Assembly (NCBI GenBank): GCA_038320275.1
Contig: JBBQEB010000068.1
Location: 1 to 19,209, forward strand
Length of the DNA: 19,209 bases
Direction of reading: 5' to 3'
Source of the DNA: Myxococcales bacterium
GTDB taxonomy: Bacteria; Myxococcota; Myxococcia; Myxococcales; Anaeromyxobacteraceae
In this document: positions 19,165-19,209 of the stretch, in pieces
Numbering within the stretch: the first letter of the stretch is position 1
How the letters are laid out: each line of letters begins with the position of its first letter
Program-made: the position numbers and the translations under genes
The notes under the pieces: model-generated
Told to the model about the DNA's origin: nothing
Database searches by the model: none
Seen by the model: the letters and a program-made list of their open reading frames with translations, nothing else

Positions 19165-19209
19165 TCCTACCTTGGCCGCAGCTCAGGTCGGCGGGGCGAC
19201 TTTGAGGTC

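Overview
High-GC window whose genes and T/S/P hexamer linkers suggest a myxobacterium (Myxococcota, Anaeromyxobacter-like; inferred). From the left: a 5'-open RecQ helicase (+), then an uncharacterised beta-barrel/lipoprotein pair (-). Next is a complete, translationally coupled Fe-S assembly operon rrf2-sufB-sufC-sufD-sufS-sufU-sufT (+) with an IscR-type palindrome upstream. It is followed by a YeiH-family membrane protein (-), a DUF4142 secreted protein (+), and three envelope proteins on the minus strand: carboxypeptidase-regulatory/PDZ, a T/S-rich membrane protein, and an Ig-like/beta-barrel protein. The right end is the most unusual part. A TfuA-like gene runs in frame, with no stop, into a SUI1/YciH translation-factor domain. 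Only the last ~45 codons of its expected YcaO partner remain, joined through a (GTCGNG)n repeat to a Ser/Thr kinase gene. That junction is either a repeat-mediated deletion or an assembly chimera. No rRNA, tRNA, CRISPR array or mobile element was recognised.
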